This document shows, in pieces, positions 52,114 through 64,000 of a stretch of 64,000 nucleotides of DNA. Source of the stretch: Phoronis australis. Lineage: Eukaryota > Animalia > Phoronida. Both the position numbers and the translations under genes were made by a program. The first letter of the stretch is position 1. Each line of letters opens with the position of its first letter. The notes beneath the pieces were generated by a model. The model ran no database searches and was not told the origin of the DNA. It saw only the letters and a program-made list of their open reading frames with translations. The DNA is taken from assembly GCA_002633005.1 (NCBI GenBank), contig NMRA01000487.1:124001-188000 (forward strand). The letters run 5' to 3'.

Positions 52114-53918
52114 TTTTGAACTTGTCTCCCCTGTTTTCATTGTAGAGCCTTTGCCTCATGGGTTCTTCAATAGATCCCGTAAGTCTAAACATTGTCACCT
52201 CTGATCTTGAGCACGGATAGCTATCAACTATGTAGCAAGCCTCGCATCTGCTCATTTTTCTAATTTGCATCTATTTTATACCCCCAGTTACCAACTGTCA
52301 AAATATCAGACAATGCAGTTTCCACATTGGTTTTATTTTTGAGTAAAATGAGGTGACTGGTATGGGACTAGTTCGTGTCAGTAGCAAAACGATGGAAAAA
52401 TTACAAATTCCCTAACTCACCAAAAGTTTAATTGAAATGATTTGTCTTATTATGGTCTGTGGTTTACAAGGATTTCTTTATCAGGTTTTCCTTTTCCATT
52501 TGTTTTTCAAAATGGATTTTCTCGTCGCATCACTTTCCGGAGTTATTAATTTTGTAGACCCGTCCAACATCTGCCAATGTTTTACAGTTCAATCCAAACT
52601 CCAAACATGATTGTGGTTTCAAATGTAGCTGCCGTGGAAGTACATTGAAATTCTGCACTTTGAAGTGTATTACGTGCTCAGTCACAGTCAGATATTAAGC
52701 CATGACTCACATCTGCCACCGTTCTCTTCTCATATCGTGACTCTCATATCGTGACGCATGTGAATGTCACCTGTTGTCATACCTGTTTGCTGCTGCACTA
52801 ATCTGTCTAATGAGGCACGACCTATGTTTCTGTCACCTAGACATACACTGGCAGTGCTGTGCGTCACTTGCCGTGCACAATCACCGTAGATAGATCGGAT
52901 CACTTTACACATCACCACTGCACTGTTCTGTTCCGTTGTGTTGTCTGATTTAGAACACAATTTAGCACTAGTTGAATCTGTTTCTGTTGGAGTGCCATAT
53001 TCTGATATCTCAATCACTTGTGTTGTGTTTAATTTTTGAAATACTTGATGACATTCATTGACAATGTTTTCATCAACCTTTCTATTGTAGCATGAACCTA
53101 GACTTGTCTGTCAAGTTTGTGATCCATCATTTTGGCTTAATTGTGAGACTTGTGATTAACACTATCCATCAAACTTGCTTTCCAAGCATAATTTCAATTT
53201 CTTAGTCGTTTAGGTAATCAAGGTGCTCATCTGTAAAAGTCTTCCTGACAATTTGAATTATTAACCACATTGTATTTTTTGCAACTTTCTTTTTCCGAAA
53301 GTTTCGACGATGATTCTTGAAGGTCGATCGATAAATTGCAATCTCAGTAAAGTAGAAGTTAATTCTGAGTCATGGTCGGTGTAATCTGTCTGTCTCTAAA
53401 CCCCAAGCATCCAAAGCTTAGTGTTCAGAATCTTGTATTACTTGATTAATTAATTAAACCTCCTATCCACTCCATAGCTCATGGCCAAAATCCTTCAGTT
53501 TCAGAGTCAATAAATTAACAGTACGAAAACCAGAAAACCCGAAGGTGTGCTTACAGGACTCTACCAGACCCCTCGGCACTGAAAAGTACAATTTCCTAGC
53601 TACCATGATGAGCATTTTATGAAACTCTTTTGAATAATTATTCTTTTCCCATCCTCTGATGGTATTTATCAAATTTTACTTTTGACTTTCTTATAACAAT
53701 TTGAACTCGTCTCATGCACATCATCTTGGTCAAGGCTTCTATTTGATCTAAAAAGATTATGCACGAAAAGTGGAAACATTGATTGACGCACACTGATTGA
53801 AGTGGCGGACATTTGCCCAAGCTGTTCCGTGTGACTTCCACCTTCCCTCCTTTGCTGCAGATTCCTGCTGTATTTTCCGCTACCCATCATACCAGTTTGT
53901 CACTCTCTTCCTTTCTAG

Positions 53919-54047
53919 TATGCGAGGACAGCGAGTCTTTGTATGATAATCACAATTATCTCCCCTTGGATGCAGATAAGTATTTTCACCATGTCCCCGG
54001 CTTTCAGTGCTATGGCAACCATGTGCTTACAAGCTTTGGCATTAATT
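53919..54047 (+). other. candidate alternative (cassette) exon of NCX in the CBD2 variable loop
   Basis: Strong acceptor cactctcttcctttctag|; open 129-nt phase 1-1 frame (I)CEDSESLYDNHNYLPLDADKYFHHVPGFQCYGNHVLTSFGIN; donor T|gtaggt; TGCATGCATG 16 nt downstream. No homology recognised. Confidence 0.3.
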
Positions 54048-54879
54048 GTAGGTGTTTGTGACTTGCATGCATGGTATTGCATTACGCACTGTAATATAGA
54101 GCTTGGTTTTGTTGTGTTTGTTGGCAAAGTGGTCTTGGTAGTTGATAGCTACATGGAGAAGGGTTATCCGTAGAATTTATCCGTTTAAGGTGACGAGAAT
54201 TGCTTCAAACTTGACACTTTTTACATTTTGCAATCACTAAGATACTATGTATTTTGAAATTATAAACAAATTTTATCAGTTTGAAGACATGCTGTCAATA
54301 ATGTAACAAAAGAACAATATTCAATTACGAACAGTGCAAGCCAAAAGATATTCAGACAAAATGTCACATAATTCCCATTGTGACCAAAGGGTTATTAGCA
54401 TGGCAGTTAGTAAGATGGCTAAGCCATTCTGTAATTAGAATTGTGCCACACTAGTAATTATTACTAGTCATCAGTACCTTGTCTGATTACTTTTGTCTTG
54501 AACTGTAAGTCCACATGCAGATTTTTTTTTATTGTATGGTGATCTAAAATTCTTAATTTCTTTCAGTTTCACCACATACGCGTCTAGATTAGCGCTCATG
54601 TTTGGTTTAACGCCCATCCGTGAAGTTTTCAAATTTTCACTTTCTATACTTTCTTGGTCGACTTATAGCCCACCCCCGTTTATACGATCATGACTTCTGT
54701 AAAAGTACCCATGTCTTTGAAAAAAGCCTGTCTCGTGAATTTTCACTCCCAAAACGTACAAAAATTCCGCCCTCTTGGCGTCCCCATCAGTTCCGACTCC
54801 CGGTTGCCACTCCTCATTGGCAGTCGGTGCCTCAGTGAGCTAAAGCTGATTTACTGAAGTGATTCTAACCTTGAAGTAA

Positions 54880-55842
54880 TTTTTATGCGCCCACATATTT
54901 ATATGTGGACGCATTATGCCGTCATCTCCGTCCGTCCGTCCGGGCGGGCGGCGTCCGGCATCCGCTGCTCTATCTCCAAAACCCTTTGACATACGTTCAT
55001 GAAATTTGGCACATATCTTCCATTCATNNNNNNNNNNNNNNNNNNNNNNNNNNNNNNNNNNNNNNNNNNNNNNNNNNNNNNNNNNNNNNNNNNNNNNNNN
55101 NNNNNNNNNNNNNNNNNNNNNGTTTGCGACACCCAGTGGCCATTTTTACTGTTTTTGAGTCTGTTTTTTGGCGTCCACCCCTCTATCAACCAAACCGCTA
55201 TAAGTATGATTGTGAAAATTGGCATGTATGTTCTTACTATGAAGAGGACGGTTGATGCTGAATTTACCATGACTTTGATTACTGTGGCGCCTCCTAGTGG
55301 CAGTTTTTTTTTTTGCGCCCATGGCTGTATCTCCTAAACCGTTTGCAGGATCTTTACTAAATTTAGCAAGTGTATTTATGTGATGTTGACAAAGGACGAT
55401 GACGACTTTAGGATGATTCTGACTACCGGTATGCCTCTAGTGGCAATTTTAGTATTTTACATTGACCTCTGTATTTTCATAGGTCTTCAGGTGTATACTT
55501 TGTGTGACTTCGTGACTTTGAGGGAAAAGTTCCGAGTAGAAATTTGTTTCTGGCATTCTATTGCTGAGCTAATCTTGTATGTTGGTAAATTTGTTTTTAA
55601 TTCTATGTTTCTGTGGTGCTTTAAGCAACTGATGTATAGGATGTGCTTTTATTATGAAGATCACTCACATTTTGCCCCTAGCCTATTGAGGAGACAATGA
55701 CCATGCCTTTCCATTTTGCAAAGTACAACATACTACATATATGCCCACTACTGGCCACTTTATGGTACCAATAAACAACCCTAGAAGGATATCGTATACG
55801 GTGCAATTGTGGGCGCATTTCAACGCTCTGCGTTGCTCTTGT
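54880..55842 (+). mobile_element. Helentron-associated non-autonomous element (HINE / DINE-1 / pearl-like)
   Basis: 5' T-run and subTIR ATGCGCCCACA (54885-54895) with an adjacent inverted copy; (GTCC)n microsatellite; degenerate ~140-bp internal repeats; 3' subTIR TGTGGGCGCAT (55808-55818), hairpin CAACGC-TCT-GCGTTG (55821-55835) and CTTG-TTTT end; N gap inside. Confidence 0.8.
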
Positions 55843-56821
55843 TTTGTAATCATTCAGCAATTGGAGCGAAAATTGTTGGGCCTGATGTGATTTTACAATA
55901 TTTTTCACAGGAGAATAGGGCCAATGTTTGGCCCCAAAATCGAGGCACTGAGGCCCTCTGGCACCTTGCCTTATTCAGGCTAGAAAATACACGTATTCCC
56001 GTGCTATGTTTCATTTCATTTGTGAATGCAAAACTGAACATAAATGCATTTGCATGAACTGATCACAGTTCTCAAACAATGAACGCCCATGCTTGACGAG
56101 TTTGGTAAAGTAACTCTTTGTGCTGAGTTCTAATTCATTTCAACAATTTTAAGAATCTCGGATCTGCATTTCTACCATTGAACTGTCAGCTCAAGTGCCA
56201 GTTAGTTGACATTCAGTGATTGTTTGGAGCCACCGTCACAAGCACATTTTTAGCTTTTGGTGATAGGGGGTAGATTTCTAGTGCATCATGTTAGCATAAA
56301 TTGACTTGCAGTAAGTTAAACACGTGTTTGACCAATCAGTCAGTCTCCTTGACTTGAATTTGAAATTATTTCATGGATATTATCACTCATTGTTGTTTTA
56401 CGGTTTTGTTTCGGGTGTACCAAAAATGTTCCAAGATTCAATCAAGATCGTGGATAGAACTTTCTAGAATGTTGAATGCATGTTTTTGAAGCTCCCACAA
56501 TTGTTATTTGATGCATTCGTTTGCCATGCCAAATTGAAACTGCTTGTTAAAGATAGCGCGCTTAGAGGAAATACATACATCAGTTGAAAATCAATACACA
56601 ACATCCTGTATTCCAACACGATTATATCAACAGGTGTGGTGTCTACTGTTTCACCCAGCCACATTTGTCAATGTCATAGGCTCTCGTCCTTGATTCGTTT
56701 TTAGTCGTGATTTTATAACCATAGGCAAAGCAGTTATTGAGGTGTGACATATAAGTGAGCTTGTCATGATCGAATTGATGCAATTGGGAAGCTAAGTGAT
56801 TGTCCTACAGGTAGACTTTTT

Positions 56822-56932
56822 GGGTAATTGCCTCTTACAAGGGTCCTGCATCTTGAAAACCATTTTTCTCTACTGAATAATGGGCATCAAACTAGGTCTC
56901 AAAATCTGGGACCTCTTTAAGTGGGTATTGGC
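56822..56932 (-). repeat. short hairpin MITE copy
   Basis: GGGTCCTGCATCTTGAAAACCATTTTTCTCTACTGAATAATGGGCATCAAACTAGGTCTCAAAATCTGGGACC; same family as 49730-49830. Confidence 0.7.
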
Positions 56933-57242
56933 AATTTTTGATATTCCAATTTGATTGGCTAATTGCTTAAAGATCTTTTTTATCTTAATTAAATCGCTGT
57001 GGAGCACATGATAATGTCAGTTTGTTTCTATTAAGACTGCGGCTGGAAACCTTTGCGAACATACAATGTGAAACTATGTAAATTACTGCCTTTTGAATCC
57101 TGGAATGTTTTGTTTTGGTACACCTTAATTTTACTGCCTTGCAAAGAACAGGGATTTTTCTTTCTTTACAAATAGCATTTTTTATTTAGAATACGCACTT
57201 TTTTGTTTATTCTTGGCACTTTTACTTTGGTTTTACTGTAAA

Positions 57243-57304
57243 TTACCGAGTGGTAACTTACCGAGTGGTAACTTACCGAGTGGTAACTTACCGAGTGGTA
57301 ACTT
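57243..57304. repeat. 15-bp tandem repeat, 4 copies
   Basis: TTACCGAGTGGTAAC x4. Confidence 0.95.
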
Positions 57305-57814
57305 TTTTAATCTGAACATTATTTTGTTCATGGATGAGTGTGGTTAGATGACAGTGGGTTTGAGGTTAGTTTGCAATGTAGTCTACACTATTTTGGTGGT
57401 CTTAGGCCCTTCCCTCTGCACTATTACATATTTGAATAACCTTAGTGTATACAGGTATGGGTTTAGAAATGATCTGTTCATCAGTTGACTTTTTTGAAAG
57501 CTTTCAGATGGCGTCATAGTGTATCATTGGTTGGTATTGATACTAATGTATTAGTTGTTTATTTGGGTTTTGTGTAATATCCACTTTCTTATAATGGATC
57601 ATTAATTCCAATATATTTTTTGCAAGTCTCGCTAGAAGGTTAAAGTCATATATTCATTCATTGGGTTCATCAGTTGAATAGATATTTGGGGTCTTTCGTC
57701 ATGCTTACTTTCGCGAAACAATAAGAAACTCATTTATGAAATTTTGCTGTGGATTGTGATTGGTGGATTTATAATGTATATGCGTTGACCGTTGCATTGT
57801 CCATTGATTTATAG

Positions 57815-57957
57815 AGGGTAGATATGAAGAATTGCCCCGTGTTGATAAACCCCTGGAAGAGATGACGGATGACGAGCGAATCGCTGAGCTAGGGCGACCT
57901 AGGCTTGGTGAAATCCTGAAAACCACTGTACATATCACAGAGAGCTTGGAGTTCAAG
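57815..57957 (+). CDS. SLC8A: Na+/Ca2+ exchanger (NCX/SLC8) internal exon, end of CBD2
   Basis: ttgatttatag|AG GGT..TTC AAG|gtaagt; 143 nt, phase 1 to phase 0; GRYEELPRVDKPLEEMTDDERIAELGRPRLGEILKTTVHITESLEFK (compare NCX 'RIAEMGRPILGE...IEESYEFK'). Confidence 0.93.
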
Positions 57958-58224
57958 GTAAGTCAATGTACTTTCCTATTTTGTTTTACTGGAAGAAGGA
58001 TTTTGTCTCATTTACCATAAGCTTCTTTGAATGAAGATAATTAGTTGGTTTTTGGTGGTACTTTTGTCGCTCAGGATTTAAACGGCATTCATTCAGGAAT
58101 TTCTGTTTAAAGACGGATAGGACGTCTAGGAATAGGATAAAATCTTGACATGAGTGTTAGCTACGGGTGAAAGGAGTTACATCAACTGTTTTAGTAGCAT
58201 TTGTCCTGACAGATAAAAATATTC

Positions 58225-58547
58225 TAGTTTGGGACAGTGAAATTTTTGCTCAAAGTTATTGATTGTACCAGATTTTAGAAATAGGCAATATTGGTCGTTT
58301 CAAATTCAAGAACTTGACAAATGATCATTCACCTCAATGGAAACGCATGAAAAAGTTGCGGCAAAGGGTATTTTTGCCAAGTTTATTTCCAATCTTTGTT
58401 GACGCAAAATACAGTGTCCAATGTTTGAGAAATATGGTGAATGCCTATATCGCCTATGTCCCAATCTTCAGAATCAAGGAAGTAGAATTTCGTTTGAATT
58501 TCAGTGTCTGACATTTTAGAGGCTGCCAAACTGGAGAATCTGTACTG
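58225..58547 (-). mobile_element. Tc1/pogo-like MITE fragment
   Basis: Ends ..GTACTG|TA; reverse complement is colinear with 8867-9030 and 14390-14640. Confidence 0.65.
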
Positions 58548-59327
58548 TAGTGTGCACAAAGTTAACGTTCTGGACACTTAGGTGCAGTCACTATGAAACA
58601 GCCTAACCCCAAGTTAAATAATTGATATAGCCATGGCACAGTGTGAGAGCAAATTTAAGGGCAAGTCGCACAAACATTCAACTGTAAAGTTTGTGTCTGG
58701 CGACATTGCCGTCTGATCACAGGGTTGCATAAGTTTGTACTTTATCTTTGGATGCATCACTGTAAGCCACCTGTGACCTGGTACCCGTGTTCTCAATGAA
58801 TTGTTAGGCAAAAACATCATCTAATTGTCATGAAATTGATCTCAGCTAGTTGTTTACGGTACTAAACTAAAAGGTGATTTCTGGGTCTGGGGCAAGAAGT
58901 CTGACTGCTTTTTTAGTGAGGGTGAACTTGGTAAGTTCATCTTTGTCTTGGCCACGTTAAGTTATTTGTATTCTATACATGACCATCAGCAGGATTAAAA
59001 ACAGTCTAGTACCCTGTAACAACACTGTAGAAAGATTCACTCTTCTCTACAGAATCCCTCACCTAAACTCTATTACGATAAGTACTCACAAATTCCATAC
59101 AAAAATAATTGCCAAAATTGCACTTTAAATTTATAATGTCCGAAGGCTTCTAACCTTGTTGTGAGTGCTCAGAATTTTTCAAATTATAGTGCAGAACTTG
59201 AATATGGCAGAGTATTATTTTGGCACTTTATAATGTAATGGAAATATGAAAAAATAAAATTTCACCTGTCCTCCACCATATTGTGCCTAAACTGGCGAGA
59301 GTTTACCTTAATGGGGACTAAAAAGTC

Positions 59328-59374
59328 TGTTGATGTTGTTATTGATGTTGTTTTTGTTGTTGTTGTTGTTGTTG
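59328..59374. repeat. (TTG)n microsatellite upstream of the exon acceptor
   Basis: Imperfect TGTTGTTGTTG run. Confidence 0.8.
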
Positions 59375-59410
59375 CCATGTAATGTTGCAGTCATACTTCA
59401 ATACTTTCAG

Positions 59411-59510
59411 AATACTGTGGATAAAATGTTGTCCAAGGCTCACATATCAATGGTGGTGGGGACCTCTTCTTGGAGGGAGCAGTTCATTGAGGCCATCACT
59501 GTTAGTGCAG
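59411..59510 (+). CDS. SLC8A: Na+/Ca2+ exchanger (NCX/SLC8) internal exon following CBD2
   Basis: atactttcag|AAT ACT..GCA G|gtaggt; 100 nt, phase 0 to phase 1; NTVDKMLSKAHISMVVGTSSWREQFIEAITVSA(G), a highly conserved NCX segment. Confidence 0.97.
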
Positions 59511-61743
59511 GTAGGTGTCGCCACCATACAAATCACATCAATGAGCACATTCTGTGATTGGACACTGTCTCAACCAATCATGGTCAGATGTGGGTAGCCT
59601 GTCTTTACACCATTACATTTCAGTCCAGATTATTATAATTGACACACTCCATCGTCTTTGAATATTTTTTACCATAATGATGCAATTGCTGAACGTTTTT
59701 TTGCAGCATTTAATGAAATGTTTCCACAGTATGAAAACCCCTTGAAAACAGCCTCATATTCAATTTTCAGCCTTTGTGTGTTGATCGCAAAAACCGTTGA
59801 GCCAGGTTATTACTGAAGCTGTTGAGTTATGTTTGCTCACTCCATTTACTAGCACAATTGATGACTGTTTTGAACATGCTCTTCTCTCTACTTGATACTT
59901 AATGGTATGTCCATTTCCTGGTTGTGTTAATTGTTGATTTCTGTTCACATGTATTGTTTGACTTCATTGATTGCGTGGGATTATTTTTTTCTTGTTCTAC
60001 ATAATTTATTAATTAAAGTAATGCTTAATACTAAGCTATTGCTTATGTATATCAAGTTCCCCTGACTTTGCCATATTGGTTCATTTTACCGTATTGTGTT
60101 TAGACACTTGGTTACCTGTTAAAAATATTACATTTTGCATTAGCGCACCTGCTCATTAATGTCTCCGGCAAAATCTCACCAATTCAAGATACAATACCAT
60201 CAAGTGATTTTTTCACATTTTTCATAAAAGAAATGTATCGCCACATCAGTTCTTTATAATGTTTGAGTTTTATACAGTTTCTGATATTCTGAGAAGATGT
60301 GAGCATTTAAAACTATTTAGGAATATTGAAAAAGAAGATAAATTCTGGTTATTATTTTTTTCTCCAAAACAGGCAAAAATTTAACGTAGCGTCGGCATGT
60401 GAACTGTATGTTCAACCAGGTTCTTTTGTGGGCTATTTGTTTCCCGTGGCTTTTATTTCATTTCTTGCTCTTTGTTCCTGGAACTCTTGTTTTTATGTTT
60501 TTTTTTTTTTTGACAAAATTTACATTTGATGCAACAGTTCCCTGAAAGGACACTGTTTAGCGAAAGAAGGAAAACACAGGTGGGGGAACAACAGTTGTAA
60601 ACTTGCATTCCGTCCAAGAAGCTTAGATCACTTACGGCTACTCCGAAAAAATTGGTCTCAACTTATTTCATTCTCAGATTAGAAGTGATGATCTGAGTTA
60701 GCAAAGAGCTGACAGTTCGTTGTCTGTTGAGATGGTGCTCGATGCATGAAGTGACAGCGTGAGAAGCTACTCTGCAGAGCTTGATCTCAAGCAACAATGA
60801 ACTGTCAGTTCTTTTACTTTACTCGGCTGTCATTTCCAATTTGATTGAGGAAGCATTTGAGACCAGTTTGATAACTCAGTAACTTGTCTAAATTAAAAGA
60901 TGACTTTGTTATGGAAGATGGCTTTATAGCTGTGTTAATAGAACTTTGTTAGTATCGTACTGAAAAAGTGACGACAAAGTTAATATTGTTCAACTTTGGA
61001 CCTAACATATTTGAACGGAAAAAATATATTGCTGGCAGGAAAATTTCTCTGGACATGAAAGTTGCAAATTGATGGCCATTTTAAAGCCCCAAGCAGTGCC
61101 ATATGTGGTGGAAGTCTTTTGTTTTGTTTTATGATGTTGTTAGTAATTCTTGTTGACACGTGATAAAACTATGGACGGAATGGATCATTGATTGATTCAG
61201 CAGGGTGATTGTTCGCTTTTAACTGTACATTATTCCAGTTTACGATTTCGGCTTAACATAATTAACATTGCATGGGTCTTTAAAGTCAACTTTTTGGTGT
61301 CTTTCGGGGAAAAGTTTAATGTCACCACTTGGCTTAAAATTGCATTTTATTACATGCTTAAATGTATGGATGGCACTTAATAATTGTTGAACTCAACTAC
61401 CTTAGGAAAAGATGACTGGTGTATGAAGGTGATGTGACATGGTGCATGTACACCTGACCAGTCTCTTCCTCTACATTACAATGGTAGTCATTGTTGACTG
61501 GACAATTTCACAATTTTCAAATTATTTTTTAGATAAATAACATTATTAAGTGCCACCCCTTTGTGAGGCCAGGATTTGTGAAGTTAAGCACAGCATTTGT
61601 TTTGCAATTTTGTTGTTATCTCAGCCTAAGGTTTTCAAGCTATATTGTTTGTACTAAAATATCTTCGATTTAATATTTTGATGTCATCCTAATGTTAATT
61701 AAGAATACACAAATCACAAGTCTTCATATGATGATATCAGTAG

Positions 61744-61895
61744 CAGTGCTGTAGTGATAAAATTAGAGGTAAGTAGGTGCCCAAAGTCCACTGTATCACC
61801 TTGAGCATTAAACGTACCTTACGGTGCATAGGCGCTACAAATGCCAAAAGGTGGTTGGCTGCGCCTACATGTGCCTACGCCCCACTACAGCACTG
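61744..61895. mobile_element. hAT-like MITE (152 bp)
   Basis: Perfect 13-bp TIR CAGTGCTGTAGTG / CACTACAGCACTG; degenerate 8-bp TSD ATCAGTAG / ATCACTGG. Confidence 0.7.
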
Positions 61896-63720
61896 ATCAC
61901 TGGGCATCTTCTATGGAGAGATGCTTTGTGTGTGAAAATCAAGTGATACTAAAACTCAAAGAGAATTCTGTTCTTTTCAAATTTTACTAGACGACATCCA
62001 TCATTCCAATTATAAATACTACAGTATACGTTAATGGCATCTTATGGTTCAGAACTTGCTGTGTTCGTGGGATCTTTGTAAAACTTGCTGCTAATATGGC
62101 TGTACAATTTGAAGTGACTACACTTACTAAAGGAATTTGTCGCATTACGAAATGCTGTGCTCTGGGGTGCGTTCCGTAATGCAAGTTACTTAGGAGAAAA
62201 GCAAGATTACACAACTCCATGCAAAATGACATGTACGCAAGACTGTTGATTCATGAGTCTACTCAAGTGCTTAGTAGCGTAAACTAGCAAAATGGCTGCC
62301 ACTGTAGTGGGCAGTGAGTCTGGAATGTTGAATTATGAATGAGAATTCATGGAATGTCTTGCGCTACGGAATCCAGCCCTAAACTTCAAGTCGGCCACAT
62401 TCTGCTTCTGTGGTTTCTTGTCTGCAATGATTGCTGCGGTTAATGAGATTTTCAGTTTAATCAACTTGTCTTCTAGATGTTGTAAAAAATGAAGGTGACA
62501 GCCAGAGTGAGTTACTATTACCTTACTCTTCACACTACTGCATTTCTTCTGAGTTCAAGCGTTTCTGTCCTATTTTCTAAAACTACTGTTATCACACTTA
62601 ACTGTAACATTGTCCTTTTGTTTGCCTTAAGTATTTAGTACTACACTTTGTTGCAACGTAAAAGTGTTGTCTCGGTAGTTTTCGTCTTTGCTTTCATGAG
62701 TCTTAAATTGCCTCTTTCCGCAACGTGTGATTGGCTTTGCTTTTCACTTCACTTTGGCGATACTACGCCTGTTAGCCTCTTCTAGAAACGTACCTAATTG
62801 CGAATGATATTGAGATAGTGTATAGATTAAGTGTATAGATTAAGTGTATGGCAATAGTAACAGTTTATTTAAAGGTACATTGCGTGTGAACTATCCAAGG
62901 TGTCTAGTAGGACTGTTACGTTAGGCCACATATAAGTGATTTAATTGGGAGTGTTTAAGAAACAATACAAGATCTGGGACTCCCAAGGCATCGGTCTGGA
63001 CCTGTTCAACTGCCCCAGCCTTTGAACAAGCAGTTATGACATTCATCAAAATGCTTTTACAAAGTGAAAGAATAAAATCATCGTAGTTTAAAGTTTGCAA
63101 ATTTCTGCCTACAAAAACTGAGCCTTTGAAACTATTTTAGTGTGTCTTGATTTTATTTATAGTACTTTTTATGAATTTATATTTAATTCTTTTGATGCAT
63201 TGCTTTCAAACAATGTAACAGTTGTGGTGGCAGAACGTGGTCATAGTTAAGTGGCAGAACCAAAATATTTAAAATGTATCTGCAACTTATTCAATTGTTA
63301 TTTTTTGTTAATTTTAGTGATCTAAAACCTGTGTCTGATTGTTGTTTTCAGCTCTCTAAATTTTCTAAAGAACGATGTTTATAACTTAAGGGGTTAGGCT
63401 AAGGTGTAACCTATTATAGAGGGATAAGACAGAATGTTTTCGTGTCATTTGTGATGCCATTACGCAGTGTCATTCCACATATAAATGAGTCTGTACAAAT
63501 CAGGCCTTCAAAAGTGCATTGTTCACAAGACCAGCAACGATATGGACAGAAACTCTTGAACTTGCTGTTGTGGAAGTTTTCACTGCATAATTCTGGTTGA
63601 CCCAATGTTGTTGTTAAAGTGTTAGTGTTCACTTATGTTGTCACTGTTTGCTTAGATCATCACTGGGCACAGGATGGGGACACATCAGTAAATGATTCTT
63701 GACCACTCAGTACTCTATGT

Positions 63721-63860
63721 AGACATGTCAGCAATGACTATTAATGGTCAGTCAGTGGAGACATGTCAGCAATGACTATAAATGGTCAGTCAGCTGGGAC
63801 ACGTCAGGGTTGGCTATTGATCTTCATTCAATGCTCACGTAGACATGTCAGCAGTGACTC
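63721..63860. repeat. degenerate ~38-bp tandem repeat
   Basis: AGACATGTCAGCAATGACTA(T/A)AATGGTCAGTCAG units, plus a further partial unit at 63841. Confidence 0.8.
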
Positions 63861-64000
63861 TAGGTCATCACTCAATTCACTTTAGGGGACGTGGTCAAAT
63901 AGCAATCACTTGGCACACTGCATGAGAAATGCATAGAAACGCCTGTTCAAGCATTTTCAGTTGGACGTCTTGTCGCTAAGTAAGGAAAGTCTTGCAAGGT

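Noticed and set aside
53861-53869. 9-nt microexon (cag|ATTCCTGCT|gtattt)
   Set aside because: The donor is weak and joining to 57815 would create TAG; no support without RNA data.
59511-64000. next NCX exon (acidic linker plus 'PSCFDYVMHF' transmembrane region)
   Set aside because: No such translation is visible; it presumably lies downstream of the window.

Overview
AT-rich, repeat-dense eukaryotic (invertebrate animal, probably bilaterian) genomic DNA. There are no long ORFs, and two assembly gaps lie at 11452-11522 and 55028-55121. The window lies inside a + strand Na+/Ca2+ exchanger gene (NCX/SLC8A family). Three GT-AG exons (48448-48548, 57815-57957, 59411-59510) splice in frame and encode the C-terminal part of Ca2+-binding domain 2 (Calx-beta) and the following conserved 'VVGTSSWREQFIEAITVSA' segment. 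The first ~48 kb appears to be one very large intron, and the next coding exon lies beyond the window. The introns hold many non-autonomous transposons: a 1.2-kb internally deleted Kolobok element (123-bp TIRs, TTAA TSD) retaining convergent THAP/transposase and KolX (P2X7-ballast-like) fragments, several Harbinger-, hAT- and Tc1/pogo-like MITE families, a tRNA-derived SINE with TSDs, a Helentron-associated (HINE/pearl-like) element, a CR1-type LINE 3' remnant and short tandem repeats. I found no clear new protein-coding system. The most promising leads are regulatory: (i) a candidate frame-preserving cassette exon with downstream RBFOX motifs in the CBD2 variable loop; (ii) a near-identical inverted MITE pair bracketing the CBD2 exon; (iii) a cluster of CTCF-like motifs around that exon; and (iv) the compact Kolobok derivative. 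All family assignments come from recognising motifs and termini by eye, not from database searches.
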